DNA of 64,000 bases, from positions 384,001-448,000 of the forward strand of contig CAVRAL010000004.1 of assembly GCA_963719085.1 (NCBI GenBank), in the 5' to 3' direction. The notes below the pieces were generated by a model. It had not been told where the DNA came from, searched no databases, and worked only from the letters and a program-made list of their open reading frames with translations. Origin of the DNA: a candidate division FCPU426 bacterium (GTDB lineage Bacteria > Oederibacteriota > Muellerivitia > Muellerivitales > Muellerivitaceae). Of the stretch, positions 1-9,208 are shown piece after piece. Position numbers and translations under genes: made by a program. Within the stretch, counting starts at the first letter, position 1; each line of letters begins with the position of its first letter.

Positions 1-619
1 TTTGCTCCAAATGTCTTTCCCGAATCCTTATTTTTTCCTCACGGCTCCAAACCTGCCGCATCAAAAGGACGCAGACCGCCACCATGAGGAGGGAAAAAGA
101 AAACCACCGGATGCCTTGCTCCCAGTAAAAGGTCCGCTGCTGGGCGATGGGTTCGGCCTGAATGAGCGCCGCGAAACGGTTCATGTGGGCGGACTCAAAA
201 AGTTGCGGGATTTTTTCAGTGAAATCGAAATAAAAAGAACCCAAAAATAGTCCGGCGCATAAAGGCAGCACCCCCCAATTCAATTGGGGCGGAAGCACCA
301 GCACCGCGCTGACCAAAATCAGGAGAAATAACGGAAGGTAATAACTGGCGGGGCCACCCGAAATGCCCACCCAAGCGCTTAAAAAAACACTGTCCAAAAT
401 AAAAACAAAAGGCAAAAGCAAAGCCGCCAGCTGTTTGGACCGGCCCAAAAGCGCGAAAAGCAAACTGAAGATTGCGGCCACTAAAAGGATAAAACAACCC
501 GCGGCGGCCTGAATGCCGGTTTCCACGGAAAACAGCAGGACTCCCAGCAGAATAATGCAGAGGGTCCGGGTGCGGATCAGGGATTGATAAACCTGGTGGT
601 AGGTTTCTAAGGAAGCCAT
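1..619 (-). CDS. Multi-pass membrane protein, probably the N-terminal sensor region of a histidine kinase (partial, runs off the window)
   Basis: Not in the ORF track. ATG at 619 after GAGGGG; open frame MASLETYHQVY...VWSREEKIRIRERHLEQ with several hydrophobic helices then a charged helical linker. The kinase domain itself is not visible. Confidence 0.65.
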   Translation of the reverse strand, partial: MASLETYHQVYQSLIRTRTLCIILLGVLLFSVETGIQAAAGCFILLVAAIFSLLFALLGRSKQLAALLLPFVFILDSVFLSAWVGISGGPASYYLPLFLLILVSAVLVLPPQLNWGVLPLCAGLFLGSFYFDFTEKIPQLFESAHMNRFAALIQAEPIAQQRTFYWEQGIRWFSFSLLMVAVCVLLMRQVWSREEKIRIRERHLEQ

Positions 620-655
620 AGCCCCTCGCTTGGGTGAAGAACTTTTTTTAAAATC

Positions 656-976
656 TTACCGAAGGCTATCGTCGATCCATTTCAAATAGGCGGGGCTCCC
701 CAGTTCCACCGGCAAGGCCATAATTTCACAAACTTCATAGGGATGATTTTCACGGATTGTCTTGGAAAGCTTGGCCCATTGGGACTTTTGGCTTTTGATG
801 ATCAAAAGCTCTTCTCGGGCTTTTTCGACCTTTCCCTTCCACCAGTAAAGACTGCGCGCTCCCGGCAATCGGGTGACGCAAGCCGCCAATTTCCGCCCCA
901 CTAAAAGCTTCGCCAATTTTTCGCTGGCCGCTCGGTTAGGCGTGGTGACTAAAACCAGAATTGCCTTCGATTTCAC
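656..976 (-). CDS. cutA: Divalent-cation tolerance protein CutA (PII-like fold)
   Basis: LAACV, SLYWWKGKVE and HPYEVCEI motifs; 106 aa. Confidence 0.92.
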   Translation of the reverse strand: MKSKAILVLVTTPNRAASEKLAKLLVGRKLAACVTRLPGARSLYWWKGKVEKAREELLIIKSQKSQWAKLSKTIRENHPYEVCEIMALPVELGSPAYLKWIDDSLR

Positions 977-2200
977 TTAGTTTCCCGAATCCGGATTCAG
1001 ATCGTACTGTTTTTCACCCTCCGCCGTTTTCGTGACTTTCATCGGCGCGGCAGCCGCGACTTGCTCGCGGCTGCCTGGAAGCGCGAAGACCTTCATCCCA
1101 TCCGCCACGTCCACCATTTCCGCCAAGCGGTTTTTAGTCAGAATTTCCAGCCGACGGGCGATTGAGATCATATCCAGACCCATGAAAGCTTGAAGATCGG
1201 AATTGGAAGCCACCGCCCGACCGGATTTGGCCAGGAAATAAAGAAGCTTTTTACAGACCAGGTCCAGTTTTAAATGCTCATTGACCGCCTCAAAAAGATC
1301 TTGGAACTCTACCCGCTCGCCCCGGCGCGTGAACCCCCGGTACATGCCCTCGGAGAGTAAAAAAAGAAACCGCCGGGGGTTTCCATCCGACAGCGCCAAG
1401 CTCAAGGTAAGCGCCTCCGGCTCTAAAAAACTTTCGGCGCCGCCTTTAAACCCCGCCTGTTGAAGCCGCAGGTTGAGCAATTGCCGCAATTGATCCCCGC
1501 TGAAACGCTCGACCAGGACGATATTTTTAAATAATCCCAAAACCGTCGGCTCGGCTCCTTCTTTCACCACCAGCCCCACCTTGGCGTAAAACTCCTCTTG
1601 GAGCGAAATAGCGAAGCCGAAATTGGGAAGTTCCAATAAAGGTTTGAGCTCTTCCAGTAATTGGAGGGTGCGTTCCGAGCGGGTCAAATGCTGAACCCGG
1701 TCTCCCTTGATCTTTTCCAGATCGTCCACAAAAACCAGAAACGGCTTTTTCGAACGAGCGGCGATGGATTTAATCAACGAAAGAAGCGTGTTTTTGGAGA
1801 GGGATTCCTCTTCCACCCGGCGGCTGATTTCTTTCAAATTCAAGCCCGGCACCTTGGGAACCTGAACCAAAATTTCCCTTAAAAGCTCCGAGAGAAAATA
1901 ACGGGCATCGTCCAAAGGAACGCCGATGCTGATGCGGTGGTAGGAAGAAGGAACCTGGTTTTGAAGCACCTGCAGAAGGCTGCTTTTGCCCATGCCCGGC
2001 TCCCCGGCCACGCCCACATTGCCCAGGGAAAAAAGCGCGGAGCTAAGCCGGTCGATCAAGGCTTCCCGGCCCATGAAATAATCCAAATTGTGTTTTTGAA
2101 GCGCCAGGGTGGTAAAGGGATCAACTCTGAGGCCAAAATGCCGATAAGCGGTCGCAGGCCCCTTTGAGACTCGGGAAATTGTTTTTGTCTTTTTCTTCAC
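977..2200 (-). CDS. P-loop AAA+ ATPase with probable C-terminal winged HTH
   Basis: Walker A GEPGMGKS, Walker B LVFVDD, GNPR helix motif, C-terminal HTH-like segment. Confidence 0.75.
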   Translation of the reverse strand: MKKKTKTISRVSKGPATAYRHFGLRVDPFTTLALQKHNLDYFMGREALIDRLSSALFSLGNVGVAGEPGMGKSSLLQVLQNQVPSSYHRISIGVPLDDARYFLSELLREILVQVPKVPGLNLKEISRRVEEESLSKNTLLSLIKSIAARSKKPFLVFVDDLEKIKGDRVQHLTRSERTLQLLEELKPLLELPNFGFAISLQEEFYAKVGLVVKEGAEPTVLGLFKNIVLVERFSGDQLRQLLNLRLQQAGFKGGAESFLEPEALTLSLALSDGNPRRFLFLLSEGMYRGFTRRGERVEFQDLFEAVNEHLKLDLVCKKLLYFLAKSGRAVASNSDLQAFMGLDMISIARRLEILTKNRLAEMVDVADGMKVFALPGSREQVAAAAPMKVTKTAEGEKQYDLNPDSGN

Positions 2201-2218
2201 GTGCCGCTCCTTAAGGAA

Positions 2219-3256
2219 TCAACGTCCCAGGGACATCTTTTCCCCGACCACGGCGAAAGGTTTTTGGAAACCCGATTTGCCCTTGACCTCGACCGGGGGC
2301 AGGGCCTGGAGCTCAAAATATTTTTCCGCGGCCTGGGCCATTTCCTCGTTCACCAATACCTGGCCATGCTTAGCGATGCCGCAAAAGCGGGACGCCAAAT
2401 TAACCGTATCGCCGATCAGGGTAAATTCCATCCGGGCGGCGGATCCCAGGTTGCCCACAATAGCCTCGCCCGCCGTGATGCCGATGCCCAATCCGATGGA
2501 GATAGGCTTGCTGTAACCGACGGCAAAACCCCGGTTGAGGGCCTCGAAACGTTCCTGCATGCCGAGCGCGGTGCGCAGCACCTTCGCGGCGGCCTCGCCC
2601 TCATTGCCATAGGGCCGGTGGAAAAAAGCCAGGATGGCGTCCCCGATGTACTTGTTAATGTCCCCGCCATTTTTTCGGATGACTTCTTCCATGGCCGTGA
2701 ACATCTCATTGAGGATATCCACCGTCTCGTCGGGCCGGATCGTTTCGGTCATTTTGGTAAAACCCCGGACGTCGGAAAAAAGCACGTAAACCCGCTTGAG
2801 CTCGCCGCCCAATTCAGACTTGGCCGCCATCTTGGCGGCCTGGTCGGTGACTTTGGTTCCCACGTATTTTTCCAGGACTTGGTTGGCCTCCAATAATTTG
2901 GCCGAAACCGAGGAATAACCTTGCCCTACCTGGTTCATCAGCTTGATTTGCTGGGACTTAAGCTCCCAAGGCGCCAAACTTTTGAACGGCTGATAATGGA
3001 AGGGAAGGATTTGTTTTTCGAGGAGAAAATTTTGGAACTCCAACAACCATCCGGCTTTTTGGCGCCAGGCGGTAAAAAACCAAAAAAAAGATAAAAAACC
3101 GAAGGTCAAAAGACCCATCGGCACGGGCAGGTTCCCGTCGCTGGACAGCGCCGCCACGGACACCCCCGCCCCAATACTCAAAAGTAAAAGCAGGGAAACG
3201 CGCAGAATCAATTCTTTAACTGATCCTATAAATTTATCTTGGGAGCTGGCTGGCAT
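2219..3256 (-). CDS. Membrane-anchored class III adenylate cyclase
   Basis: Two N-terminal TM helices; FSDVRGFT, KYIGDA (Lys indicates ATP specificity), IGDTVNLASR, VKGK. Confidence 0.9.
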   Translation of the reverse strand: MPASSQDKFIGSVKELILRVSLLLLLSIGAGVSVAALSSDGNLPVPMGLLTFGFLSFFWFFTAWRQKAGWLLEFQNFLLEKQILPFHYQPFKSLAPWELKSQQIKLMNQVGQGYSSVSAKLLEANQVLEKYVGTKVTDQAAKMAAKSELGGELKRVYVLFSDVRGFTKMTETIRPDETVDILNEMFTAMEEVIRKNGGDINKYIGDAILAFFHRPYGNEGEAAAKVLRTALGMQERFEALNRGFAVGYSKPISIGLGIGITAGEAIVGNLGSAARMEFTLIGDTVNLASRFCGIAKHGQVLVNEEMAQAAEKYFELQALPPVEVKGKSGFQKPFAVVGEKMSLGR

Positions 3257-3277
3257 AAAAAACCTTTCCGCGGATCG

Positions 3278-4708
3278 CTAGACGTTTGTCAGTTCTTCCC
3301 CCGCTTGGCGCAATTTGACCAGCCCTTCCGGGCTATGGGATTCCATGTAGCAGCGCATCAAGGGTTCGGTGCCGGAAAAACGGACCATGAGCCAATCGTC
3401 ATTTTCCAGAATAAACTGGGTTCCGTCCTTGGCCACCACCTGCTTGACCTTTTGCCCGGCGATCTCCGAGGGTGGATGGTCCTTGAGCTTGGCCGTCATG
3501 ACTTCTTTCAACCCTTCTTTGAGCTTAATGTTCAAGCGGTCCCCGTAAATGGGGCCGTATTCCTGATAAAGATTCTTCAAGATGCCCGCGAAAGTACGGC
3601 CTTCCTGGGCCATGACCTCCACCATCAGCAAATTCGCCAGGATGCCGTCCTTCTCGGGGACATGGCCATGGACGGTCAAGCCTCCCGATTCCTCGCCGCC
3701 GATGAGGATGGGTTCCCGTCCCATGATTTCGGCGATGTACTTGAAACCCACGGGCGTTTCCCGCAAGGGGACATTGTGCTTTTTCGCGATCGTGTCGATT
3801 AAATGCGTGGTGGGGACCGTGCGCACCACCGCGCCTTTCCAAGGCCGGGTTTTAATCAGGTGTTCCAAAAGGATGCAAAGCACTTCGTTCGGGGTGATGT
3901 AGGTGCCGTCCGAATCGAGTATTCCAAAACGGTCCGCGTCCCCGTCATTGGCCAGCCCCAAGTGCGCGGGCCAAGCCTTCACCTGTTGGATGGCCTCGGT
4001 CAATTCTGAAGCTCCCGGTTCGGGATGGTGGCCCGCCCCCCCGAAAAAAGGATCCCGGTTCGCGTGGAGCACTTTGACATTGACTCCCGATTCTTGGAGC
4101 AATTGATCGATATAGCCGGAACCGTTGCCGTGCATCAGGTCGAGCACGACCTTCAAGCGGCCCTTTCGGATGACATCGAATTGAACCAGTTCGCGGAGCC
4201 GGGCGAAATAAGCTTCCTTCGGGTCAATGGGAATGACCAACCCCTTGGCGTCAGCCTGTTCGTAAGATATCTCAGGGATGGGCCCGCCCTTTTGGGCCAG
4301 CGTGGCCGCCAAGGTTTCCAATTCCAGCGTCACTTGGACGGGCGCGGGTCCGCCGTCGGCGCCGTTGAATTTGAGCCCCTGATAGGCGTAGGGGTTGTGG
4401 CTGGCGGTGAAATTGATTGATCCCGCCGTTTGGCGGCGGATCAGCTCGTAGGAAACCGTCGGTGTGGGCGTGCCCACGGGGCATACATAAGAGACGATGC
4501 CATGTCCGGCCAAGACCTGAATGGTCGCCTTCATGAACTCCTCGGAAAGAAACCGGTAATCCCCCGCCACCAAAAGGCCCTTGGACGTTTGGTTGGTTTT
4601 TTGAAGGTGTTGGGCGATGGCCGCCACGGCGATCTTGACGTTGGCGAAGGTAAAATCCTCCGCGATAATCGCCCGCCAGCCTGAAGTGCCAAACGTTATC
4701 TTATTCAA
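3278..4708 (-). CDS. Phosphoglucomutase/phosphomannomutase family protein
   Basis: FGTSGWR, TASHNP, DGDADR, GEESGG. Start moved to TTG 4708, which has a GAGGTG RBS. Confidence 0.92.
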   Translation of the reverse strand: MNKITFGTSGWRAIIAEDFTFANVKIAVAAIAQHLQKTNQTSKGLLVAGDYRFLSEEFMKATIQVLAGHGIVSYVCPVGTPTPTVSYELIRRQTAGSINFTASHNPYAYQGLKFNGADGGPAPVQVTLELETLAATLAQKGGPIPEISYEQADAKGLVIPIDPKEAYFARLRELVQFDVIRKGRLKVVLDLMHGNGSGYIDQLLQESGVNVKVLHANRDPFFGGAGHHPEPGASELTEAIQQVKAWPAHLGLANDGDADRFGILDSDGTYITPNEVLCILLEHLIKTRPWKGAVVRTVPTTHLIDTIAKKHNVPLRETPVGFKYIAEIMGREPILIGGEESGGLTVHGHVPEKDGILANLLMVEVMAQEGRTFAGILKNLYQEYGPIYGDRLNIKLKEGLKEVMTAKLKDHPPSEIAGQKVKQVVAKDGTQFILENDDWLMVRFSGTEPLMRCYMESHSPEGLVKLRQAGEELTNV

Positions 4709-4823
4709 AGGACACCTCGAAACCGAAAAAGTTGAATAAACGATCAAGTGTTAGTCCCGCGCGACTTGGGTGAGCTTGCGAACCCTGCGCGGGGCCTGAA
4801 GTGCCAAACGTTATCTTACTCAT
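4679..4823 (-). repeat. Direct duplication of the pgm 5' end (4679-4703 = 4794-4818) separated by a GC-rich hairpin
   Basis: 25 bp identical GCCTGAAGTGCCAAACGTTATCTTA, offset 115 bp. Confidence 0.9.
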
Positions 4824-4922
4824 TTTCAAAAATCTCCTAGTTTGCGGATATGAAAAATTCTTTCGGATGCCGCGCGATTAATCGGGATGTGAAAAAAGAA
4901 GGTCCGCCGCCGGAAGTTAGGA

Positions 4923-7424
4923 TCAGCCCTGCCATTTCTTGATCTTGTCCACGTAAGTGGCGACCAAGTCCTTGGCTTGTTTCTCGTTCTCGGCTTCCGC
5001 CGTCACATGGAAGATCGCCCGATCGGCGTCCGGTAAAATCATGACCGTCGAGCCGTTTTTGCTGATTTTGATGCCGTCGATCAATTCCCGTTTCTCATGG
5101 GCCGTGTCCTCAATCAAGTGGCGCATGATGGTGCCCTTCATTTCCCAGGAGCAGGGCACGGTTTGGGACAGAGCCATATTTTGGGGGATCGTCTTCAGGA
5201 ACTCCGAGACCGGCTTTCCTTCCCGCGCGATGAATTCCATGATTTTAGCCGTGGACATCATGGCGTCCATGAAGGGCGCGAATTGCGGGAAGATGAAGCC
5301 GCCGTCGGGCTCGCCGACGAAAGCCACGTCCTTTTGGGTGGCCGCTTCCATGAGCGAATAATAATTGATACGGGTGCGGTGAATCGTGCCGTGGTTGGCC
5401 TTGGCCAATTCGTCCAGTTTGTGCGAGCTATTGACCGGCACCACCACCTTGGCCCCCTTCTTTTGGTTGAAGGCGTAAAGACTCAGCAAGGCCAAAAGCT
5501 CGGTTCCGGTGAGCAAATGCCCTTTCTCATCAACGAGGAAAATCTTCTCGGCGCCGGCGTCAAACAACACGCCGAAATTGGCCTTCAAGGTCGGCACGAT
5601 ATCGGACAATTGCTGCAGGGCCGCCTGAAATTGCTCCGGCGTCTTGGTGAGTTTGGTCTCATCCATATAGGCGTTCAAGGCCACCACTTCGCAGCCCAGC
5701 TTGCCCAAGAGCGAGGGGAAAATAGGCGCGGCGGCGGAAAAAGCGTAGTCAATGACCACTTTCAGCCGCCGCTCCGCGATGGCCTTGGTGTCGAGGGCGT
5801 CCAAAAAGCCCTGGTGATAATATTCCAAAACCCGGTGCGGAAAATTAAGCTCGCCGGTTTCTTCCATGGTGGCCCGCCGGAAATCTTCCCGGTAAAACCA
5901 ATTCTCAATTCCCTTTTCCTTGGCGGACGACAGGGCCAAACCCCGGCCGTCAAAAAACTTGATATCGACGAATTGGGGATCAAAGGGGCTTTTGCGGGTA
6001 TGAAGGCCCCCCGCGTCGGCGAGTTTAGGCACGGCGTAGCGCGCCACCGAGATGGGCATGTCCTGCAGGTCATGCACATTGACGCCCGAGGATAAAATGC
6101 CGGAAATGAGCGCCCGGTTGATCATGCGGCTGGTTTTGTGGATGTCGCGGGCCGTCAAGATGGTGGAACCCTTGGGCAAGGAAGCGCCGTACGCGGCGCC
6201 GAGCTTGCTGGCGAACTCGGGAGTGATGTCGATGCCCGACATGCCGGTGACACCGTGCTGTCCGAAAATCGACCGGGCCCATTTGTCGCCCCAAACCAGC
6301 GACGTGGAAAGATGCGCGCCGTCCTCGACCACCTTGTTGGGCCAAACCTTGACGCCGGCCTTGATGACCGATTCTTTCCCGATGGTGCAGTTGTCGGAGA
6401 TGATCACGCCCTCGAAGATGGCGGCTTTTTCCTGCACATCGGTGCCGGAAGCGATCACGCACTCGCGCGCCTGCACGCCCGCGCCGATGGCCACGTTGCG
6501 CCACAAGATGACGTTAGTTAAAACCGCGTCCTCATCCACGTGGCAGTCGTCGCCCAGCACGCTGTTGGAAATTTCGGCGTTCTTGCCGATGTGGCAATTA
6601 CGGCCCAAAACCACCGCGCCGGTGAGCTTCGCCGTCGAGTCGATGGTGGTTCCTTCGCCAGCCCAAATTTCTTTTCCGATTTTGTTCAGGCGCGACCCGG
6701 GAATTTTGACGTCCACCTGGCCCGCGAAAACATCCTGATGGGACCAACGGTACTGATCCAGGTTCCCGATGTCTTTCCAATAACCCTGGGCGATATAGCC
6801 GAACAGCGGAAGTTTTTCCCGGAGCATCAGGGGAAAAAGATCCTTGGAAAAGTCGAACTCGGTTTTCTCGGGGATGAGGTCCAATACGTCCGCGTCCAAA
6901 ATATAAATACCCGTGTTCACGGTATCGGAGAAAACCTCGCCCCAGGTGGGTTTTTCTAAAAAGCGCTCAATCCGCCCAGCCTTATCCGTGATGACCACGC
7001 CGAAAGCCAAGGGATTTTCCACCCGGGTCAGGATCATGGTGGCCTTCGCCTTGTTTTCCTCGTGGAACTTAATGGCGGCGGTCAGGTCAAAATCCGTGAG
7101 CACGTCGCCTGAGATAACGACAAAGCGTTCTTTGCCGATCATGGATTGGCAGTTCTTCACCGAGCCGGCCGTGCCCAGGTCGCTTTCGGCGGCTTTATAC
7201 TTCATTTGAACGTCAAACTGGGTCCCATCCTGAAAATACTCGGCGATGACCTCGGGTTGGTAAAAGACCACGCTGGTGATGTCGGTGATTTTATGTTTCT
7301 TGAGAAGATCAACGATGATCTCCATGATCGGACGGTTCACCATGGGAATCATCGGTTTGGGCAGATTGATGGTTAAAGGCCGCATACGGGTTCCGAAACC
7401 GCCCGCCATAATGACAGCTTTCAT
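4923..7424 (-). CDS. Mannose-1-phosphate guanylyltransferase-like nucleotidyltransferase with left-handed beta-helix and PMM-like domains
   Basis: MAGGFGTRMRPLT, PKPMIP, FLEKP, hexapeptide repeats; the PMM-like part lacks the SHNP and DxDxDR motifs. Confidence 0.88.
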   Translation of the reverse strand: MKAVIMAGGFGTRMRPLTINLPKPMIPMVNRPIMEIIVDLLKKHKITDITSVVFYQPEVIAEYFQDGTQFDVQMKYKAAESDLGTAGSVKNCQSMIGKERFVVISGDVLTDFDLTAAIKFHEENKAKATMILTRVENPLAFGVVITDKAGRIERFLEKPTWGEVFSDTVNTGIYILDADVLDLIPEKTEFDFSKDLFPLMLREKLPLFGYIAQGYWKDIGNLDQYRWSHQDVFAGQVDVKIPGSRLNKIGKEIWAGEGTTIDSTAKLTGAVVLGRNCHIGKNAEISNSVLGDDCHVDEDAVLTNVILWRNVAIGAGVQARECVIASGTDVQEKAAIFEGVIISDNCTIGKESVIKAGVKVWPNKVVEDGAHLSTSLVWGDKWARSIFGQHGVTGMSGIDITPEFASKLGAAYGASLPKGSTILTARDIHKTSRMINRALISGILSSGVNVHDLQDMPISVARYAVPKLADAGGLHTRKSPFDPQFVDIKFFDGRGLALSSAKEKGIENWFYREDFRRATMEETGELNFPHRVLEYYHQGFLDALDTKAIAERRLKVVIDYAFSAAAPIFPSLLGKLGCEVVALNAYMDETKLTKTPEQFQAALQQLSDIVPTLKANFGVLFDAGAEKIFLVDEKGHLLTGTELLALLSLYAFNQKKGAKVVVPVNSSHKLDELAKANHGTIHRTRINYYSLMEAATQKDVAFVGEPDGGFIFPQFAPFMDAMMSTAKIMEFIAREGKPVSEFLKTIPQNMALSQTVPCSWEMKGTIMRHLIEDTAHEKRELIDGIKISKNGSTVMILPDADRAIFHVTAEAENEKQAKDLVATYVDKIKKWQG

Positions 7425-7628
7425 GGAAACCCCTGGGAGAAGAGAGTGTGACTCGAGCGGGATTATTTTACTGAATTCCTCCTCAAAATAGAACTTTTCT
7501 ATTGAAGGGGTCTGGGTAAAATATCGGCTCTTTTACCCGTTTGTAATTTGGGCCCGCGAGCCTTGCAATTTTCCGCCTGAAAATCCATTTTATCCCCATC
7601 CCTTTGACCCGATGGAAGGAGCCTTGTC

Positions 7629-8984
7629 ATGAGTTTTTCCGAACAAGACGTCTTGAACGCCCTAAAAGCGGTGAAAGACCCCGATCTGCACCAGGACATC
7701 GTGTCCCTGGGCTTCATCAAAAACATGGTCCTCGACGGGGGCCGGGTGGACTTTGAGATCGAAATGACCACCCCCGCCTGCCCGGTGAAGGACTCCTTCC
7801 AAGCCCAAGCCGTGGCGGAAGTGAAAAAAATAGTGGGCGTGTCGCAGGTGAACGTCAAGATGACCTCCAATGTCAAACAAGCGCCCACCGGCATCAAAAA
7901 CGTCAACATGCCCTCGGTCAAAAACATCATCGCAGTGGCTTCGGGTAAAGGCGGCGTTGGGAAAAGCACCTTGGCCGCCAACCTGTCGCTGGCCCTGGCC
8001 AAATCCGGGGCCAAGGTGGGACTGATGGACGCCGATGTGTACGGCCCCTCGATTCCCCGCATGCTCGGCGTCATCAACCGCCAGCCGGACCAGGATCCGG
8101 TCTCGAAAAAAATGATTCCTTTTGAGAAACACGGCATCAAATTCATGTCCATCGGAATGCTTCAAGAAAGCGACACGGCGCTCATTTGGCGCGGCCCCAT
8201 GGCCAGCAAAATGGTCCAACAATTTTTAGGCGGCGTGGAATGGGGCGAGCTGGATTATCTTTTAATCGACCTGCCCCCGGGCACGGGCGACATTCAATTA
8301 ACCCTCACCCAGTCGGTCCCTTTGGCGGGCGCGGTCATCGTGACGACGCCCCAGGACGTGGCCCGCACGATCACGCAAAAAGGGCTTCGTATGTTTCAAA
8401 CGGTTCACGTGCCCATCATCGGTATCGTGGAAAATATGAGCGGTTTCGTATGCGGCCATTGCGGCGAAGTGACTTATATTTTTAAACAAGGCGGCGGCAA
8501 AAAGATGGCGGAAGAATTGATGGTGCCGTTCCTGGGCGAGGTGCCCTTGGAACCCGTGATCGCCGAGGACGGCGACGCCGGCGTGCCTTCGGTGGCGGCC
8601 CATCCGGAAGCTTTGTCCGGCAAGGCTTACGACAAGATCGCCATGCAAATGGCGGCCCAACTTTCCATCATCAACAACGCCACCACCAACGTCACCAGCC
8701 GGCCGCAGACCGTGGACACCCAAGATCCCCAAGTCACCGTCATCACCTGGGACAACGGCAAGGTCGCGCGTTATCCCAACCGGTATTTACGAAGCCAGTG
8801 CCCCTGCGCCCAATGCGTGAACGAGCTCACCGGGGAACGGATGATCACGCTGGATTCGGTGGACCCCGCCGTCCGGCTGGTGGGCGTGGACCCCGTGGGG
8901 CGCTATGCCCTTCATTTTCAGTGGTCCGACGGCCACGGCACCGGCCTTTATTCCTTTAATACCCTTTTAAAACTCGGCGAATAA
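7629..8984 (+). CDS. apbC: Mrp/ApbC Fe-S cluster carrier ATPase with N-terminal DUF59 and C-terminal DUF971-like domain
   Basis: TTPACP (DUF59), GKGGVGKST, DLPPGTGD, ENMS..CGHC, then CPCAQC...VGRYALHFQWSDGH.TGLY. Confidence 0.88.
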   Translation: MSFSEQDVLNALKAVKDPDLHQDIVSLGFIKNMVLDGGRVDFEIEMTTPACPVKDSFQAQAVAEVKKIVGVSQVNVKMTSNVKQAPTGIKNVNMPSVKNIIAVASGKGGVGKSTLAANLSLALAKSGAKVGLMDADVYGPSIPRMLGVINRQPDQDPVSKKMIPFEKHGIKFMSIGMLQESDTALIWRGPMASKMVQQFLGGVEWGELDYLLIDLPPGTGDIQLTLTQSVPLAGAVIVTTPQDVARTITQKGLRMFQTVHVPIIGIVENMSGFVCGHCGEVTYIFKQGGGKKMAEELMVPFLGEVPLEPVIAEDGDAGVPSVAAHPEALSGKAYDKIAMQMAAQLSIINNATTNVTSRPQTVDTQDPQVTVITWDNGKVARYPNRYLRSQCPCAQCVNELTGERMITLDSVDPAVRLVGVDPVGRYALHFQWSDGHGTGLYSFNTLLKLGE

Positions 8985-9025
8985 AACCCTCCAGCCATGA
9001 CCCTTCGCATTTTCAAGTAGAAGTT

Positions 9026-9044
9026 GATAATGGTTTTCAATATC
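9026..9044. promoter_or_regulatory. Fur-family operator (Fur box)
   Basis: GATAATGGTTTTCAATATC matches 15/19 of GATAATGATAATCATTATC; intergenic, upstream of the ZIP-MCO gene. Confidence 0.75.
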
Positions 9045-9208
9045 ATATGTTTCCCCTGGCTTGGCGATGGGACGTTAAAAACAAAATGATCCACGTCATA
9101 CAGGCTTTTTAAAAACGGCTTTAAGTTAAACGGCTGGCCCTCTCGGACAACGAAGAAAAGGCGGCGCGAATTTAGGGATTTACCGAATCCTCGACGGAAA
9201 GGTTTTCC

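Noticed and set aside
4923..6300. Degenerate PMM domain of the nucleotidyltransferase fusion as a novelty
   Set aside because: To my knowledge loss of these motifs is usual in this fusion family, and an intact mutase is encoded next door
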